A stretch of 64,000 nt of DNA, taken from assembly GCA_002269645.1 (NCBI GenBank), contig NIVC01001545.1:124001-188000 (forward strand), written 5' to 3'. This document shows, piece after piece, positions 11,169-22,931 of this stretch. The DNA is from Macrostomum lignano (lineage: Eukaryota). Positions within the stretch are counted from its first letter, which is position 1; the number at the start of each line of letters is the position of its first letter. Under the pieces are notes generated by a model. That model did no database searches and was not told where the DNA came from. It was given only the letters and a program-made list of their open reading frames with translations. A program made the position numbers and the translations under genes.

Positions 11169-12215
11169 TTACAATCAATCATGCTAGCTTTCTGCCATAG
11201 ACACAATCAATCATGTGGCTTGCTACCATTGACACAATCAATCATGTGGCTTGCTACCATTGACACAATCAATCATGCTAGCTTTCTGCGATAGACACAA
11301 TCAATCATGTGGCTTGCTGCCATTGACACAATCAGCCATGTGGCTTGCTGCCATTGACACAATCAGCCATGTGGCTTGCTGCCATTGACACAATCAGCCA
11401 TGTGGCTTGCTGCCATTGACACAATCAGCCATGTGGCTTGCTGCCATTTACACAATTAGTCATGAGGCTAATTGCTGCCATAGACACAATCAGTCATGTA
11501 GCTTGCTGCCATTGACACAATCAATAATGTGGCTTGCTGCCATTTACACAATCAGCCATGTGGCTTGCTGTCATTTACACAATTAGTCATGAGGCTAATT
11601 GCTGCCATTGACACAATCAATAATGTGGCTTGCTGCCATAGACACAATCAATCATGCTAGCTTTCTGCGATAGACACAATCAATCATGTGGCTTGCTGCC
11701 ATTGACACAATCAGCCATGTGGCTTGCTGCCATTTACACAATTAGTCATGAGGCTAATTGCTGCCATAGACACAATCAGTCATGTAGCTTGCTGCCATTG
11801 ACACAATCAATAATGTGGCTTGCTGCCATAGACACAATCAATCATGCTAGCTTTCTGCGATAGACACAATCAATCATGTGGCTTGCTGCCATTGACACAA
11901 TCAGCCATGTGGCTTGCTGCCATTGACACAATCAGTCATGTGGCTTGCTGCCATTGATACAATTAGTCATGTGGCTTGCTGCCATTGACACAATCAGTCA
12001 TGTGGCTTGCTGCCATTGACACAATCAGTCATGTGGCTTGCTGCCATTGATACAATTAGTCATGTGGCTTGCTGCCATTGACACAATCAGTCATGTGGCT
12101 TGTTGCCATTGACACAATTAGTCGTGAGGCTAATTGCTGCCATTGACACAATCAGTCATGTAGCTTGCTGCCATAGACACAAACTATCATGTGACTTTCT
12201 GCCATAGACACAATC
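11168..12215. repeat. 31-bp minisatellite (gacacaatcagccatgtggcttgctgccatt), ~33 variant copies with higher-order patterning
   Basis: Direct inspection. Confidence 0.92.
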
Positions 12216-13083
12216 AGTCTTGCACTCAGATTCAAATAAAAATGATATATTCCTGCACGGTCACGAGTGCACGATGTCCTTCACGCACGAGTGAACGTGA
12301 AGGAATTCCATTGTCGGATGATTCATCGTGCAGGAATGCACAAAACCGTGCAGGAATGCATTTCTGCGCCTAATGCTTTTTCAGTGAGATTTTACCATAG
12401 ACATCCATTCCTGCACGCAAAAGAGTGCAAGAATGCCATTCCTGCATGGAAAATCAGCCGACAATGAGTTGTCCCCCGTCTTACATTTTATATTACTCGA
12501 CAAAAACAAATACTTCTTAAACTCAGTTTGCTAACAAAGTTTCATCGCAACACCTACTTTAAACCTTTCAAATCGGAAGCATTAGTGCATTACATGTATA
12601 GTTGGGAGAGAGTTGTCAGCTCGCAGTGGCTTCGTAAAACACACCATATACTGATACTGATAGTTGCACTTAGACAAGCAATGTGCAAATCGATAGCTAA
12701 ATATGCATTTATCCTAACTAAGACATACAGGAAAGGGGGGCTTGAACGACGCGATTAGGATCAGTACATGTAAATCCTAATAGATTTTCACTTCTAGAGC
12801 GGGAAGAAATAAAAAAAAATAATCCAGAACATTTTTAAAATAATATACAGTAATCACGTCTACATAATAGATTCAGATTCGTCAACGAGAATTTGTTCCT
12901 TTCTGTCGGCTTCAGAAGTTCTTATTGACAGGTAAGAAGCATTTTTAGTGAGCGTGCGATTGCAGACTGTGTTAAGCATTGTTTTACTATCATGGTTCCA
13001 TTCAAACTCGCACCAGTTTTCTATCTAAGTTCAACCTTTCAACCAGAGAGTCTGAATGAAGCGATGCGACAGTTGGAGCCCAG

Positions 13084-15471
13084 CTAGAACACCGGCAGAC
13101 GATCGCGCTGTTTGCCCCTGTCATTCATATCGACGCAGAAGATAAGCATCAGCACGCAGAACAGGGCGCAGGCGCTCAGAAAGTGCCACACATCGTGCTT
13201 GTCGAACGCGTCGAACAGGATGCACTCGGTGTTGAGGACACGCGAGTTCGCCGGGCTCTGCGTCCAATCAGTTGGCGAGTTGACAAAGAAATGAAGAGCG
13301 AAGCCGCTGAGCACTGCGGACGCCAGAACCAGGAGCAGCACGAAGCCGACGCTGCGCCACTCGCTGCGCCTGGCGGTGCACACTTTCACAATTAGATAGA
13401 AGGCCAGGTACAATAGGAAGTTCATGATCATTACAAACAAGAAGATTTCGGCAAATTTAAACGGCATCAAACTATTGAGCATTCCGAAGCCATGCGCAAC
13501 GTAGAGGCAGATTGCGATCAAATTGAGTGCGACACCGACAGCTAAGAAGGCCAGCGTTTTCGGATACCTCAGCTGCCTGCAGCACCATCCGAAGTATCCC
13601 GTTGGCCTGCTGTCTGACGGGTAGGGAAAATTTGTTGGACCTGAACGAGTAAATAAGTAGCTTATGGCTTGACGGATGGATACTTCGCCAAGGTAGTATA
13701 CCTGGCAGGTAAGCTTGACAACAAGTAAAATGTGCACCACGGCCAAGCACAGGTAGACGACCCTGGCACTGGCTGGATATTGAGCCAGCAGAATGCCCAG
13801 AGTGTTGGCTAGAATGAAAGCGCCGAGTGCAAGATAAGCAACCTGAGCGGTGACGTTGGCGTCCGGGTGCCGCTTGCTGTAGATCAGCAGAGTCAGCAGT
13901 CCAGCGATCATCAGCATAAATGCGGTGTCGTACTGGAAGTTGTAGTAACTGGGACAGAGATGGTACGTAGCGGACATGACGCCCTCCATGAAGATGGCCG
14001 CACCGCAGGCGTAGTACAGGCCGTAGCAGTCGGGAACTCCGGTCCGGCAGTTCTCGTAGCGCTTCTTCTTTGCCCTGCACACGAGAATGAATGTTGCTCC
14101 GGCTGCCAGATAGCCAATGTTCGAAAATACGTTGTTGAACGAATAGATTGTAAAATTATAAGTCACTCTGAGCTTCACACTGCAGGCATAGTTGTAGAAG
14201 CACTTGTCCAAGTTGCCCCCATTGTAAATATTGTTGCTGAGCACCCACATGAGTTGCACGGCTGGCAGACAATAGAATACGCTGATGACGAACAGCTGCA
14301 GGAAATAGGCATGCCGATCTGCTGACCTTTTGTTGAGCAGAGCCACGGACATACGAGAGCCAATCAACGGTTCCGCATCCGAGTCAAAATCCGGGTCCTC
14401 TTCTGCACCTTGCTGCTCACCGTTCAACTGCGGCGGGAACCTTTTGAAAGCGCAGACAGCCGCTAGGACTACGGCAGTGCTGGCTACTAGCAGGACGAAG
14501 ACAACTCCTAAGAGTAGCAACGCATTTGGCTCTGGTGCGGAAATGAGTTTTAGTTTGATATGCTTTGTGAAATTATAGAACGGAAGGCCTTCTTCTGCAG
14601 AAGACGTGTCAAAATTTCCGTCACACTTTTCCGTACTTGGATGGCTGAGTAGCACTACAAAAAACGTTGGATACTCCGCCCTGGAAACGTAAATGTCTCC
14701 CAAGCTGAGAACTGTCTGAAACAGGCCCGTGTGGTCCACATTCTCGGGCTCGTCACCAACTGGACAATGCCCGCTGTGAATGGCCAAAGTCATGCAAGCC
14801 CTGGAGTCCTCGCTGTTGGGGTCAGACTGGGCGACAACCCGCACCGCTTTTGCTCCATTCAGCTGCGATTCGTTGTCGCTGAAGTTGAAGAAGTAATACT
14901 GCGGAGCGGAGGGCTGCAGCTGCACTAGCTGGGAACTGCCAACTGTCAGGGCAAAGTCTTGCACTAAAGTTGCCGATATGGTAAACTCTATTGGGTCCAG
15001 AGATGACGTGCTCAGCTCAACGATGGCCTCGTTAGTCATTCCCACGTTGTCTGACCTGACTAGTTGTGGCGGGCACACGGTTCGCGTTATGCTGCCGTAG
15101 TGCTCCGGTGCACCTTCGTGCGGTTTGCCGCCCTCAGAGTGCTGGGTGAAGAGAAACGGAAGCGTCAACGTTAGCACGGAGCCCCCTTGGTTGGCCACAG
15201 CCACCAATGGCCAACTTCGCGTTCGCGCATTGGGTGCAGACAAGTACAGTCGAAATGGCGTCAGTTCCGAACTGCTGTTGGACCAGGTAAATACGTACTG
15301 CCGCGAGACGTTTTGCGACACACTGCCCGAAAAGTTTGAGTTCAATGGAGCTGTATAGTCGAATCGAAGCATCTGAACTGCGCTCTTCGCATGTCGGTCA
15401 TGCTTTCGAGCGTCTAACCGGACAGACTTAAGCAGCAGAACTGCTATGATAACTGCGTAGCGGCTCTGCAT
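13084..15471 (-). CDS. sid-1: SID-1 family (SIDT1/2-like) dsRNA transmembrane channel, single exon, 795 aa
   Basis: Signal peptide (MQSRYAVIIAVLLLKSVRLDA), two-part ectodomain, CFYNYACS, FNNVFSNIGY, MEGVMSATYHLCPSYYNFQYDTAFM and FDKHDVWHFLSA. The CREST-type SxxxH and HxxWH zinc ligands are intact. First ATG at 15471. Confidence 0.95.
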   Translation of the reverse strand: MQSRYAVIIAVLLLKSVRLDARKHDRHAKSAVQMLRFDYTAPLNSNFSGSVSQNVSRQYVFTWSNSSSELTPFRLYLSAPNARTRSWPLVAVANQGGSVLTLTLPFLFTQHSEGGKPHEGAPEHYGSITRTVCPPQLVRSDNVGMTNEAIVELSTSSLDPIEFTISATLVQDFALTVGSSQLVQLQPSAPQYYFFNFSDNESQLNGAKAVRVVAQSDPNSEDSRACMTLAIHSGHCPVGDEPENVDHTGLFQTVLSLGDIYVSRAEYPTFFVVLLSHPSTEKCDGNFDTSSAEEGLPFYNFTKHIKLKLISAPEPNALLLLGVVFVLLVASTAVVLAAVCAFKRFPPQLNGEQQGAEEDPDFDSDAEPLIGSRMSVALLNKRSADRHAYFLQLFVISVFYCLPAVQLMWVLSNNIYNGGNLDKCFYNYACSVKLRVTYNFTIYSFNNVFSNIGYLAAGATFILVCRAKKKRYENCRTGVPDCYGLYYACGAAIFMEGVMSATYHLCPSYYNFQYDTAFMLMIAGLLTLLIYSKRHPDANVTAQVAYLALGAFILANTLGILLAQYPASARVVYLCLAVVHILLVVKLTCQVYYLGEVSIRQAISYLFTRSGPTNFPYPSDSRPTGYFGWCCRQLRYPKTLAFLAVGVALNLIAICLYVAHGFGMLNSLMPFKFAEIFLFVMIMNFLLYLAFYLIVKVCTARRSEWRSVGFVLLLVLASAVLSGFALHFFVNSPTDWTQSPANSRVLNTECILFDAFDKHDVWHFLSACALFCVLMLIFCVDMNDRGKQRDRLPVF

Positions 15472-16309
15472 TGCCAATGCAGAAGTACCTGCGCACTTTA
15501 CTCGTTTTGCTTCGGAGTAGCCGCTTTCGGTCCTCTAAAAATGTTCAACGCTTGAGAAGTATGCAAACAGTCACTTACTAATCTGTTATTTGAAACTATA
15601 CGAGCATATTTTTGGTTAATCGATCTGGTCAATTTTATGTCAAATAAATTCCAGCGTTACTAAATTCCAGCGTTACTAAATTCAACATTTACTAAATTTC
15701 GGTTACTGAATTCAAGGGCAACCTTTTAAATGACAGTCTACATGATAATGTATTACAGTACAGTACACTCAAGCGACAAGTAAATAAAAAACATTACTCT
15801 TAATAAAACTTACATTTTTAATCCTATAAAAAGATTAATTCGTCTTCTTTGCAGAATCCGTCTTTCCGTGAGATTGCGATGTTAAAATCTGGTTGTTTAG
15901 CTTTAGAATTAGTTTTTGTAGTCACACTGCAGGCAGTTTGTGTTTATGCTATGCATTTTACTAGCCATGAGGCTCTGTACTGCAGATCTAGCTGTGTTTG
16001 ATACAGCATTAAGGCTTGATTAGAAATGACAACATCATGTAGGTCCATTTTAGAAACTACGAGCATGTACATGCATGTGACGCAGCACACTGAACTTTCA
16101 CGTGGTGCTGCTGAATTTGGGGCTGTTGAAGTGTTATAAAATAAGCCAGGCCAGTTCGAAAGTCCATTTGCCATCCGCATGAGTCAAACAAAGTCTTGCC
16201 AGGCAGGTCAGCGTTTTACCCCGAATTTGCAAAGCGGCTAGTCGTGCTTCTACAGAGTGCATGTATAAACAAACAAGTACAGAAGCCTTTAAAACAACAG
16301 CAATAATAG

Positions 16310-16845
16310 GGGCGCCAACTACAGAGGGAGGCGCCAGCTACAGTGGAGGCGCCAGCTACAGTGGAGGCGCCAGCTACAGAGGGAGGCGCCAGCTATAGAG
16401 GGGTGCCAGCTACAGAGGGAGGCGCCAGCTACAGTGGAGGCGCCAGCTACAGAGGGAGGCGCCAGCTACTGTGGGGGTGCCAGCTACAGAGGGAGGCGCC
16501 AGCTACAGAGGGGGGACGCCAGCTATAGTGGGGGCGCCCTGCTAGAGGGAGGCGCCAGCTACAGAGGAAGGCGCCAGCTACAGTGGAGGCGCCAGCTACA
16601 GAGGGAGGCGCCAGCTACAGAGGGGGTGCCAGCTACAGAGGGAGGCGCCAGCTACAGAGGGGGGCGCCAGCTACAGTGGGGGCGCCCAGCTAGAGGGAGG
16701 CGCCAGCTACAGTGGAGGCGCCAGCTACAGAGGGAGGCGCCAGCTACAGAGGGAGGCGCCAGCTACAGAGGGAGGCGCCAGCTACAGTGGAGGCGCCAGC
16801 TACAGAGGGAGGCGCCAGCTACAGTGGAGGCGCCAGCTACAGAGG
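16310..16845. repeat. 18/19-bp GC-rich minisatellite (ggaggcgccagctacag[t/a])
   Basis: Direct inspection. The overlapping ORFs are repeat artefacts. Confidence 0.92.
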
Positions 16846-16929
16846 CGCAGACTATAGCAGAGGCCCAAGCTCTTACTGCTACTGGAAACTGGCTGCAGCG
16901 AGTGATGAAGCCTGCTGACAACCGTCTTT

Positions 16930-17110
16930 AGAAGATACTCAAGTGGTGGAAAATCCCCATGAGTGGGAGTAATCCACGGAGGGAAAGTGGTCAAGCAGCA
17001 ATTTTCACGCTCCCCATTTACGCATCTCCACGTTGACCGTACTCTCGAGACTTGACAGAGTTTCTTGGAAACTACGGGAATGCGATCATTTCTTTCGGCT
17101 TCAAAAAACA
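16930..17110 (+). pseudogene. Possible hAT transposase C-terminal dimerisation-domain remnant
   Basis: ILKWWK...P....VDRT pattern across frameshifts resembles LxWWK...YPxL...SxxVERxFS. Confidence 0.3.
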
Positions 17111-19027
17111 CTCTATTTAGCCTTTACAAAAGTTTGAGTGTGCGTGGCGCAAAAACCTGAACCAGGGAACACTTGAGACATGGAAGTGACATCCCCCAAA
17201 GATGCGGGCCAGCACCAAGCAAATTTAATCTCGTTTTAATATACTAAATTAATTATTTGTAAAACACGAGTTGTATTGGAAGATGAGCACTTCAATTTTT
17301 ATGCGGCTGGAAAGTTAAAAAAAATGATAGTGTATTTAAAAAGTGACTAAGAAACTGTTGTTATTCCTGATTGGATCTTAATTACTGATTTGTAATTTTG
17401 CTCCTGCGATCAAGTAACCAGTCTACTGGTGGCCTGGTACAGACAAAGCGATTACAAATCATGCAAAGTTCTGTGTTCTGTGCCAAGACAGCGCCAAGGC
17501 AGGGTCGATCAACTTGGTCAAAGTTGGCAGTTGACATTACTGGGGTCCGTTTTAGTGTGCTCAAAAGGGGATAACCGAAACATTGGATCGTTTCGGAACT
17601 CCTAACACCCTATAGCCTTTCTTACAATGGGAGCTGTTTTGTCTCCAGGGGGATGGAAGAATGTTTGGCTTTAACCAATTCTACCAATTCTAACCCAACA
17701 GACCGAGACGGAATGACCAAGTGGAGGTCTTAACCGAACGCCCAAGAATTCTGCGCAGACGTCCGAGGCAGATAGCAAGAGCTTCAAAGTTGGAATACAG
17801 AAAACGATATCCAGCTACCGCACAACACAGAATGAGGATCGGGACTCGTCAGGAAAGCTTTTGCTTGGACGGAACTTTCAACCAATCGCTTTACGCGATG
17901 TACCGCTTTGTGGCAATAAGCGAGACACGTGTACTAGCGAGACAATGTGCGGACAGCTCAACGCCTGGTACGATTGCGACGTCCTCCGTCACTGCGTCGA
18001 TCTGAGCGACGAAACAATTGGAGTCCTTGACCCAGCGTTGGATCGAGAAAATGTTTTGTCAGGAAATGTTAATTAGCAATCTGGAGTGGAAACGAGTTTT
18101 TCACTTTTACCAGTGACTTCTGCGATATACATTTACCATAGAAAGAAGGGAATGGAACTCGGTTTTGGTGGTTTTATTGAGTTAGAAATGTGGGGGGCTG
18201 GCTGATTTCAATGTTTGTGTGTATTTGTTAGCTGAAAGAGCTTAGTTAGCTCTGTTCTTCTCCCGCCTGACAGATTCTTGGATTTTTAACCAAGAATTGG
18301 TTAAAGAGTTGAGTCAGACAGATCGTCACAGACATTCAGTGCTGGCTCCTAATCTTAACAACTTGAGTGGCCTTCTTAGGTAAAACTCGTTTCCACTTCC
18401 AGATTGCTAATTATAGAACTCCTTGGATTGGTCCAGCAGTCTTTGACTGCAGGACCGGGGGCGAGAGGGATTAGGACACAAGCGTTGCGTTGCGACCGGA
18501 GTCTATCGCCATCACAAGAGGTCTCACACAGTGCCAAGTGAACCGAAATAAAATATACAGTACGTCTATACGAATATGTTCGGCCCGTCAAAGCCAAACT
18601 CACGAACACATCAAACTTCTTTTGTTTAAAGAAGTTAGCGCTTTCAACTGACTCAATTTTTTTTTCAAATTTGTCAAAAGCGGTTGTACATGTTTTGAAA
18701 CAGCCTGGCCCCATCTTGGGGCGGAGGAGTCGCTTCCATGCCTCCAGTGCTCTCTGTCTGAACCTACTAAACGACTGTTTGCTCTGACAAACTGTTTAAA
18801 AAGCATCTTAAGTTGATGAATTCGAAAATGATGAAAGGAAACGAAAGCTTGACTGTTTGCCAAGTGTCATCATGAGTCATGTCATCGTCTAGAGCTGCAG
18901 CCACGTGCTGCAACGCACAAAACGGGTCAGTTTGTTTAAACAAAAAATCACTTTAAATTTCTGCTAGAAACACATGTACCTCGATCTAGCTACAAAGAAA
19001 ATCTTGAATCGACTCATAATCATAATC

Positions 19028-19263
19028 ATGAGCAGAGTGTTAACTATCCTGGTGCTGCTGTGTTTGTGCCTGCTCAGGTATCTCAGGTGTCAGCTCAGAA
19101 ATCAGAGAAACCAGGAAACGATGGAGACCTGCAGCAGCCGACAGCGGAAAAATTGGCAGAGGAATTCGCCGATCTGGACGAGGAGACTGCGGAACTTCCG
19201 ATGGATCGCAAATGGTTTTTTACTAAGGGTCGTCACTCTACCTTCCTGTTTCGATTTGGCTGA
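19028..19263 (+). CDS. Candidate RFamide neuropeptide precursor (needs a 1-nt indel correction near 19070-19077)
   Basis: ATG 19028 gives the hydrophobic MSRVLTILVLLCLCL. The adjacent frame gives QVSQVSA-QKSEKPG...acidic spacer...MDRK WFFTKGR HSTFLFRFG-stop: a dibasic site, with RFG immediately before the stop. Confidence 0.55.
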
Positions 19264-19990
19264 TTTAGAACTATTAAATACTTGCATTATTGCGTGGACA
19301 GCTGCATGCAGGTTCTCGGAAAATGTAATGCATGTTTTATTACATTTTCAGCGGGAACTATATCATTACATCTCATACAGTTAGAATAAGCTTATTGAAC
19401 AACTTAATGGTGTGTGGTTATTATTTTTTTCTTCTGTCTCGCGCCACATGCGATTTAGGAATTATATGGATTTTAATATATTGATTAAAATCGATTTAAT
19501 TTGTTTTAATCTTTCAATCGATAATGGTAATGGTGTCTGTTATAGCAGTTCAATAATCATTCAATATTAAATAAACAAGTTTAATATTAAGGCCAATGCA
19601 CAATAGTTAGGCGAATGTTATTACGAGCGTATATTATTACATTGATTCGCTTTGCTGTCCTTGTCAGCACCAAAGTACATAAACGGAATTCGCTTGAATG
19701 ATTGAAAGTTGATTTTGGTCATGTTACAGACAGAAAGGTTTTATTTTTGTGTCATATAGCGTATCATGACGCATCAATTTTATTTTTTTTTTGCATTCAG
19801 TGGAGAATTTAGACAAATTGTTACACTATTTTCTTAGCTGTATATCAATAAATTAAGCTCTTTACTTTCTGTAGCTCATTTAATTTCATTTGATGTATCA
19901 ATATCTCTTTTGTAAATCAAGTTAGGATTTAAGAAGTTCAATTTACGGTAGAACTTTCGTATTTAACTTCGAAATTTAACTTGGTGGACT

Positions 19991-20119
19991 TCAATCAAGG
20001 GGTTCGTCTGCGATGCAGCGAAGCATGTCTTCTCCACGATTGCATGCCTCAATCAGTTGTGCACGAACTTCTGGCACCACCTTCTGGTAGGAACCTCTAA
20101 CGTTTCCAGCTTGAGCCAT
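19991..20119 (-). pseudogene. Possible N-terminal HTH fragment of a Tc1/mariner-type transposase
   Basis: MAQAGNVRGSYQKVVPEVRAQLIEACNRGEDMLR resembles the paired-like HTH start of such transposases. Very short. Confidence 0.3.
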
Positions 20120-20624
20120 CTTTTATGGCAAGAAGTCCTTTATCGATATCCTTAATTATTAATTTGACTTCTCTAACGCGTTGAATTTTTTCCATGGCCA
20201 AGATTTTTAGCACAGCCATGCACAATACGAAAGTTCTTCCCTAAATTGAATTCCTTATCTAATCTTAACTTGATGTACAAAAGCGATATTAATTATTTAG
20301 CAATTATTAGGATTATTAGAACTTAAGTAAATTCATCACTAGTTGCCCCCATGTTAGCTCGATCTGATAAATGTCAAATCCTACTGGACATGTAGTTTAT
20401 TTAAAATGTATTACTTTCTTTGTTGCGTCCCCAACGGGGGGCGAAGATTGCCAGTCCAGTATACTAAATTCAGTATACTAGAATTCCAGCTAAAATGTGC
20501 GAGGTGTATACCAGTATATTGAGTGTGCTTTTACCAAGATAATTCAAAAAGTTAATGGTCATCTTTTTTATATTGTTTCAGTTATTTTTACTTTCCTCTA
20601 TACTGCTAATACAGTAGTTAAGAA

Positions 20625-20930
20625 CTTATCGAGTGGTTGGCCAGGCCGAGAATTGATCGGACCTCCTTGACAGACTGTGAGTCCTTGACTGCTTGCAGCT
20701 CTGCGATTTTCTCCTTTGATAGCTGGAGACCGTATTTGAACAGCGTCATCACCATGAACTTGGCATTGCCCCATGCCCCATGTAGTGGCGCATTTCGGGC
20801 GTTCAGGGTGATACCGTGTTGGCGCAGTTCAATCAGACAGGCTGAGTCACATGCTTTTGGTGAGCCTCTGGGTCCTGGCTGTGGATGATGATGTTGTCAT
20901 GGATCCCTTCTGTTGATATCTTTAATAACT
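20625..20930 (-). pseudogene. Decayed Ty3/Gypsy reverse transcriptase fragment
   Basis: Minus strand with frameshifts: HDNIIIHSQDPEAHQKHV (YxDDI region), ELRQHGITLN, and EKIAELQAVKDSQSVKEVRSILGLANH. Confidence 0.72.
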
Positions 20931-21209
20931 GAGGCAGTAGTGTGGAATTGCAGGAGTGAGAAAAGTGCTCACTTGAGAGCTAGGCTGACAATATTTATTT
21001 GTTAGCAATGAGGTGGAGGGTGCAGACAGATACAAGCGCGCATGGGGTGGGGTGAGTATAATACCATTCAAATCACTAAGTCGGTCAATAAAAATCGGTC
21101 GATCTTGCTAGTGAGTCAACAATTCAGTGCACGCAACCTATTGCAAAGTTCATCGTTGTCACTATGTCACCATTGACGCAATTTTCGAGTTTGTTGAAGA
21201 TGTCGCGTC

Positions 21210-22550
21210 GCTGGTTGCCATGTCATTGGTTGCCATGTCACTGGTTGCCATGTCACGGTTGCCATGTCACTGGTTGCCATGTCACTGGTTGCCATGTCAC
21301 TGGCAAGGACTACTTAAGAACACAGGACGTTACACTTGCAAATATTGGCAGAATTCTAAAAGGCCGCTTTGAATGCATGTGTCTATGGTTTTAGTGGCCT
21401 TTTTGCTATTTGAAGCAATGTGTATAATACATGAATTGAAATTAAAGCCTAGTGAATAAAGCTTTTTATATGCATGTATACCGACAAAATATTTATATTT
21501 TCTCCAAAAGGTGATCGTGAACAGGGTGTAGAAGTTTAACAAAAAACGAAGAAATACCCAAAAATAACAAGAATGACAATATTGAATGATAGGAACTACA
21601 CAGATTCAGATTCCTTTCTTACTAAACCCTTGTAAAAGGAATTTGCAAACCGGCGAGATATTCTTATAAGTAGCTCGTTGCCAAGTGCAATATCCAAAAA
21701 AGAGTCGAAAATTCTCAGAAGCACATTAACTGAACTGTTAACGCAACGCTGTCCGGAGCCGAGAAAGAAGACGTAGCAGAAACTAGCATGTGGAAGGCAC
21801 ATTATTTCTCTTGCCATTCTATAGCCGAATCGGCCAGCAAAGTAGACTTTAGCAGCCATCAAGATGTCCTTACCATCATAGCGAGCACCTCCAGGGGACA
21901 CAAAACTGAGTTGAAGCTGTCGCAATAGAAACTGTTGGCGTGGATCGGGAGAATTTTCTAAAATGGACGCAAGTGCCTCAATATGAGCGGCTGCAGCTGT
22001 GGTTGCTGGCAGTTGTTGGAAGTTTTTTACTCTGTTGGCAATAGCTTCTATAGTTGACTGTACCGCTCAAGTCGCCGTTGAAATCCCAGCATCTCTGCGA
22101 CGGGAACCATCACGTCACGCACGTCACGGCATTGAATGCAACGATCTCGTCAGCTCGTCTGCTTGGTGCTCTAACGTAGACTTATGGGTTATGAGTATCA
22201 TGCTACGCTGCGATGCGAATTACTAAGCAAAAAGGCCACTAAAACGATAGACACATGCATTCAAAGCGGCCTTTTAGAATTCTGCCAATATTTGCAAGTG
22301 TAACGTCCTGTGTTCTTAAGTAGTCCTTGGTCACTGGTTGCCATGTCACTGGTTGCCATGTCACTGGTTGCCATGTCACTGGCTGCCATGTCACTGGTTG
22401 CCATGTCACTGGCTGCCATGTCACTGGTTGCCATGTCACTGGTTGCCATGTCACTGGTTGCCATGTCACTGGCTGCCATGTCACTGGTTGCCATGTCACT
22501 GGCTGCCATGTCACTGGTTGCCATGTCACTGGTTGCCATGTCACTGGTTG
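21210..22550. repeat. 15-bp minisatellite (gtcactggttgccat) split into 21210-21303 and 22330-22550 by a TIR element
   Basis: Same unit and same orientation on both sides of the insertion. Confidence 0.9.
21304..22329. mobile_element. Non-autonomous DNA transposon, ~105-bp TIRs, CAAGG...CCTTG ends, 8-bp TSD (P- or hAT-like)
   Basis: 21304-21408 is the inverse of 22226-22329. GTCACTGG lies at 21296-21303 and 22330-22337. No transposase seen inside. Confidence 0.85.
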
Positions 22551-22931
22551 CCTCCCCGAAGGTTGGTGCCTCAGAGCCGTCTTGTTCAGGTCCTGCAAAC
22601 CCAGATGCACCTGTTAAAGATCTATTCCACCCCTATCTTCATTATTCTCGACTCAACCCGCCTGCGTTAGTTTTATAAATAATAAACGCTGCATGGAGGG
22701 CTGGCTCTCAGGCAGGCTGGTCCTTTCCCTTTTTCTATTCAATTCAAAATCATCAGTAATTCAATCGTTAGTTTTTCTACAGTAGGTGAGACAAATAAAC
22801 TAGGGATTGCAATCCCGGGATCCCCCCGCGGACACTTTTTGGCCTGACGGGATCCCGGGATCGGAAACTTTTAGATAAAGTGGGTGATCCAGGAAATATC
22901 AAAATGTTCTTATTTTAAATACATTACATAA

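Noticed and set aside
17717-18076. Cys-containing frame with an LDLa-like ending (WYDCDVLRHCVDLSDE)
   Set aside because: Only a partial motif, with no ATG or supportable splice sites.
22801-22865. hAT-like terminus TAGGGATTGCAATCCCGGGATCCC
   Set aside because: No matching opposite end or TSD found in the window.
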